Source: Candidatus Parvarchaeota archaeon
GTDB taxonomy: Archaea; Nanobdellota; Nanobdellia; B33-G15
Assembly: GCA_017608385.1 (NCBI GenBank)
Contig: JAFCFZ010000005.1
Coordinates: 28,609 to 60,608, forward strand
Direction of reading: 5' to 3'
Length of the DNA: 32,000 bases
The notes beneath the pieces were generated by a model, which was not told the DNA's origin, ran no database searches, and worked only from the letters and a program-made list of their open reading frames with translations. Made by a program: the position numbers and the translations under genes. How positions within the stretch are numbered: the first letter of the stretch is position 1; every line of letters begins with the position of its first letter. Positions 31,090 to 32,000 of this stretch are shown here, in pieces.

Positions 31090-32000
31090 TTAAATTAAAT
31101 TGTGCATCTTTTTTAAATCTAATGAGAAGTTTCTCAAATCAGAAGGAACTCTCATTTTAATGCTCTCTTTCATCTTTATCCCTTTTTCCTTCTTTTCTTT
31201 CCAAACTTTTGAATTGAATTCCATTAATTTTTCAGATTTTTTCATTCTTTCTTCAAAGAAGAATTCTTTATGGTCTCCAAATTCTTTTTGATGAATTCCT
31301 CCCTTATTATATAACTGTCTCCATATATAATCAGTAATTCCTGGTATTATTGGTGCCATAACTAAAAGATATTCTTGAAGAACTTTATGAAGAGTCCATA
31401 TTGCTGCATCATCTCCTTCTCTTGCTCTCCATTTTACCATCTCAATATAATTTGATGCAAATTTATTTCCCATAAAATTCATTGCTTCCCTTCCAATAGA
31501 TAGAAAATCCATGTTTTCATACCATTTAATACATTTTTTCTTGAAGTCTGCTGTTTCAGAAAGAATCCATTCATCAGCAGGTTTTATTTCTGGCTTTTCT
31601 TTTTTAGGAAACATAGAAACAAATCTGGCAATATTCCACAATTTTGTTAAGAATTTGTAAGCTCCTCTAATTCTTTGTTCTGAAGATCTATAATCTTCAC
31701 CAAAAGAAGACTCAATAACACTCCAAAATCTTATGGAATCTGCTCCATATTTATCTATCATATCCTCTGGCTTTATTATGTTTCCAAGAGATTTACTCAT
31801 CTTGATTCCTTTATTATCAACACCCATTCCATTGATCATAATTGTATCAAAAGCTGGTTTTTTTAGGATTTGATAAACTCTTAATAAGGAATAATATAAC
31901 CAAGTTCTTATGATATCATATCCTTGAGGTCTTATCTTTATCCCTTGTTTGAAAGTTTTGTTAAAAAATTCTTTGTCCCTTCCATATTTTGTTAAATGAA
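31090..32000 (-). CDS. valS: Class I aminoacyl-tRNA synthetase, most likely valyl-tRNA synthetase (C-terminal part; the 5' end lies outside the window)
   Basis: My translation extends the ORF upstream of the track Met to the window edge (…RPQGYDIIRTWLYYSLLR…). KMSKSLGNII, YGADSIRFW, LTKLWNIARF and NYIEMVKWR resemble ValRS. IleRS or LeuRS are not fully excluded. Confidence 0.65.
   Translation of the reverse strand, partial: HLTKYGRDKEFFNKTFKQGIKIRPQGYDIIRTWLYYSLLRVYQILKKPAFDTIMINGMGVDNKGIKMSKSLGNIIKPEDMIDKYGADSIRFWSVIESSFGEDYRSSEQRIRGAYKFLTKLWNIARFVSMFPKKEKPEIKPADEWILSETADFKKKCIKWYENMDFLSIGREAMNFMGNKFASNYIEMVKWRAREGDDAAIWTLHKVLQEYLLVMAPIIPGITDYIWRQLYNKGGIHQKEFGDHKEFFFEERMKKSEKLMEFNSKVWKEKKEKGIKMKESIKMRVPSDLRNFSLDLKKMHNLI

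Noticed and set aside
1-32000. A search by eye for CRISPR arrays, rRNA genes, transposases or integrases, and C/D-box sRNAs in the intergenic regions.
   Set aside because: I found no regularly spaced direct repeats, no rRNA-like sequence, no recombinase-like ORF, and no convincing C-box (RUGAUGA) paired with a D-box (CUGA) in any spacer. Absence by eye is not proof; a covariance-model scan would be needed.

Overview
The window is AT-rich (about one third G+C or less by eye, not computed), densely coded, and clearly archaeal. Supporting markers are TFB, an Sm-like protein next to L37e, ribosomal proteins S8e and L35Ae, Trm1, deoxyhypusine synthase, an intron-containing tRNA, and A/T-rich TATA-like boxes about 25 nt upstream of many ATGs. 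The mix of form III RuBisCO, a two-subunit 2-oxoacid:ferredoxin oxidoreductase, many orphan proteins and extreme compaction suggests a small-genome DPANN-type archaeon; this is inference, since no search was run.

I call about 45 CDSs and 5 tRNAs: Lys-CTT, Ala-GGC, Met/Ile2-CAT with a ~37-nt intron and encoded CCA, Thr-TGT and Gly-TCC. I saw no rRNA, CRISPR array, transposase or integrase.

Findings worth a second look:
- An orphan block at 824-8430. It centres on a translationally coupled four-gene operon: two unrecognisable proteins, a xylose-isomerase/AP-endonuclease-2-like TIM barrel split by a large insertion, and a nucleotidyltransferase with a helical domain. A second nucleotidyltransferase paralogue and a 621-aa orphan lie alongside.
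- The 3' end of tRNA-Lys occurs three times, delimiting two single-gene cassettes.
- Two CDSs start 1-2 nt after a tRNA discriminator base.
- Palindromic A/T boxes sit exactly midway between divergent, apparently leaderless genes.
- A cluster of rhodanese-less ThiI, an E1-like adenylyltransferase, a diglycine Ubl and thioredoxin.

All functional calls rest on motif recognition from memory and need database or structure confirmation.
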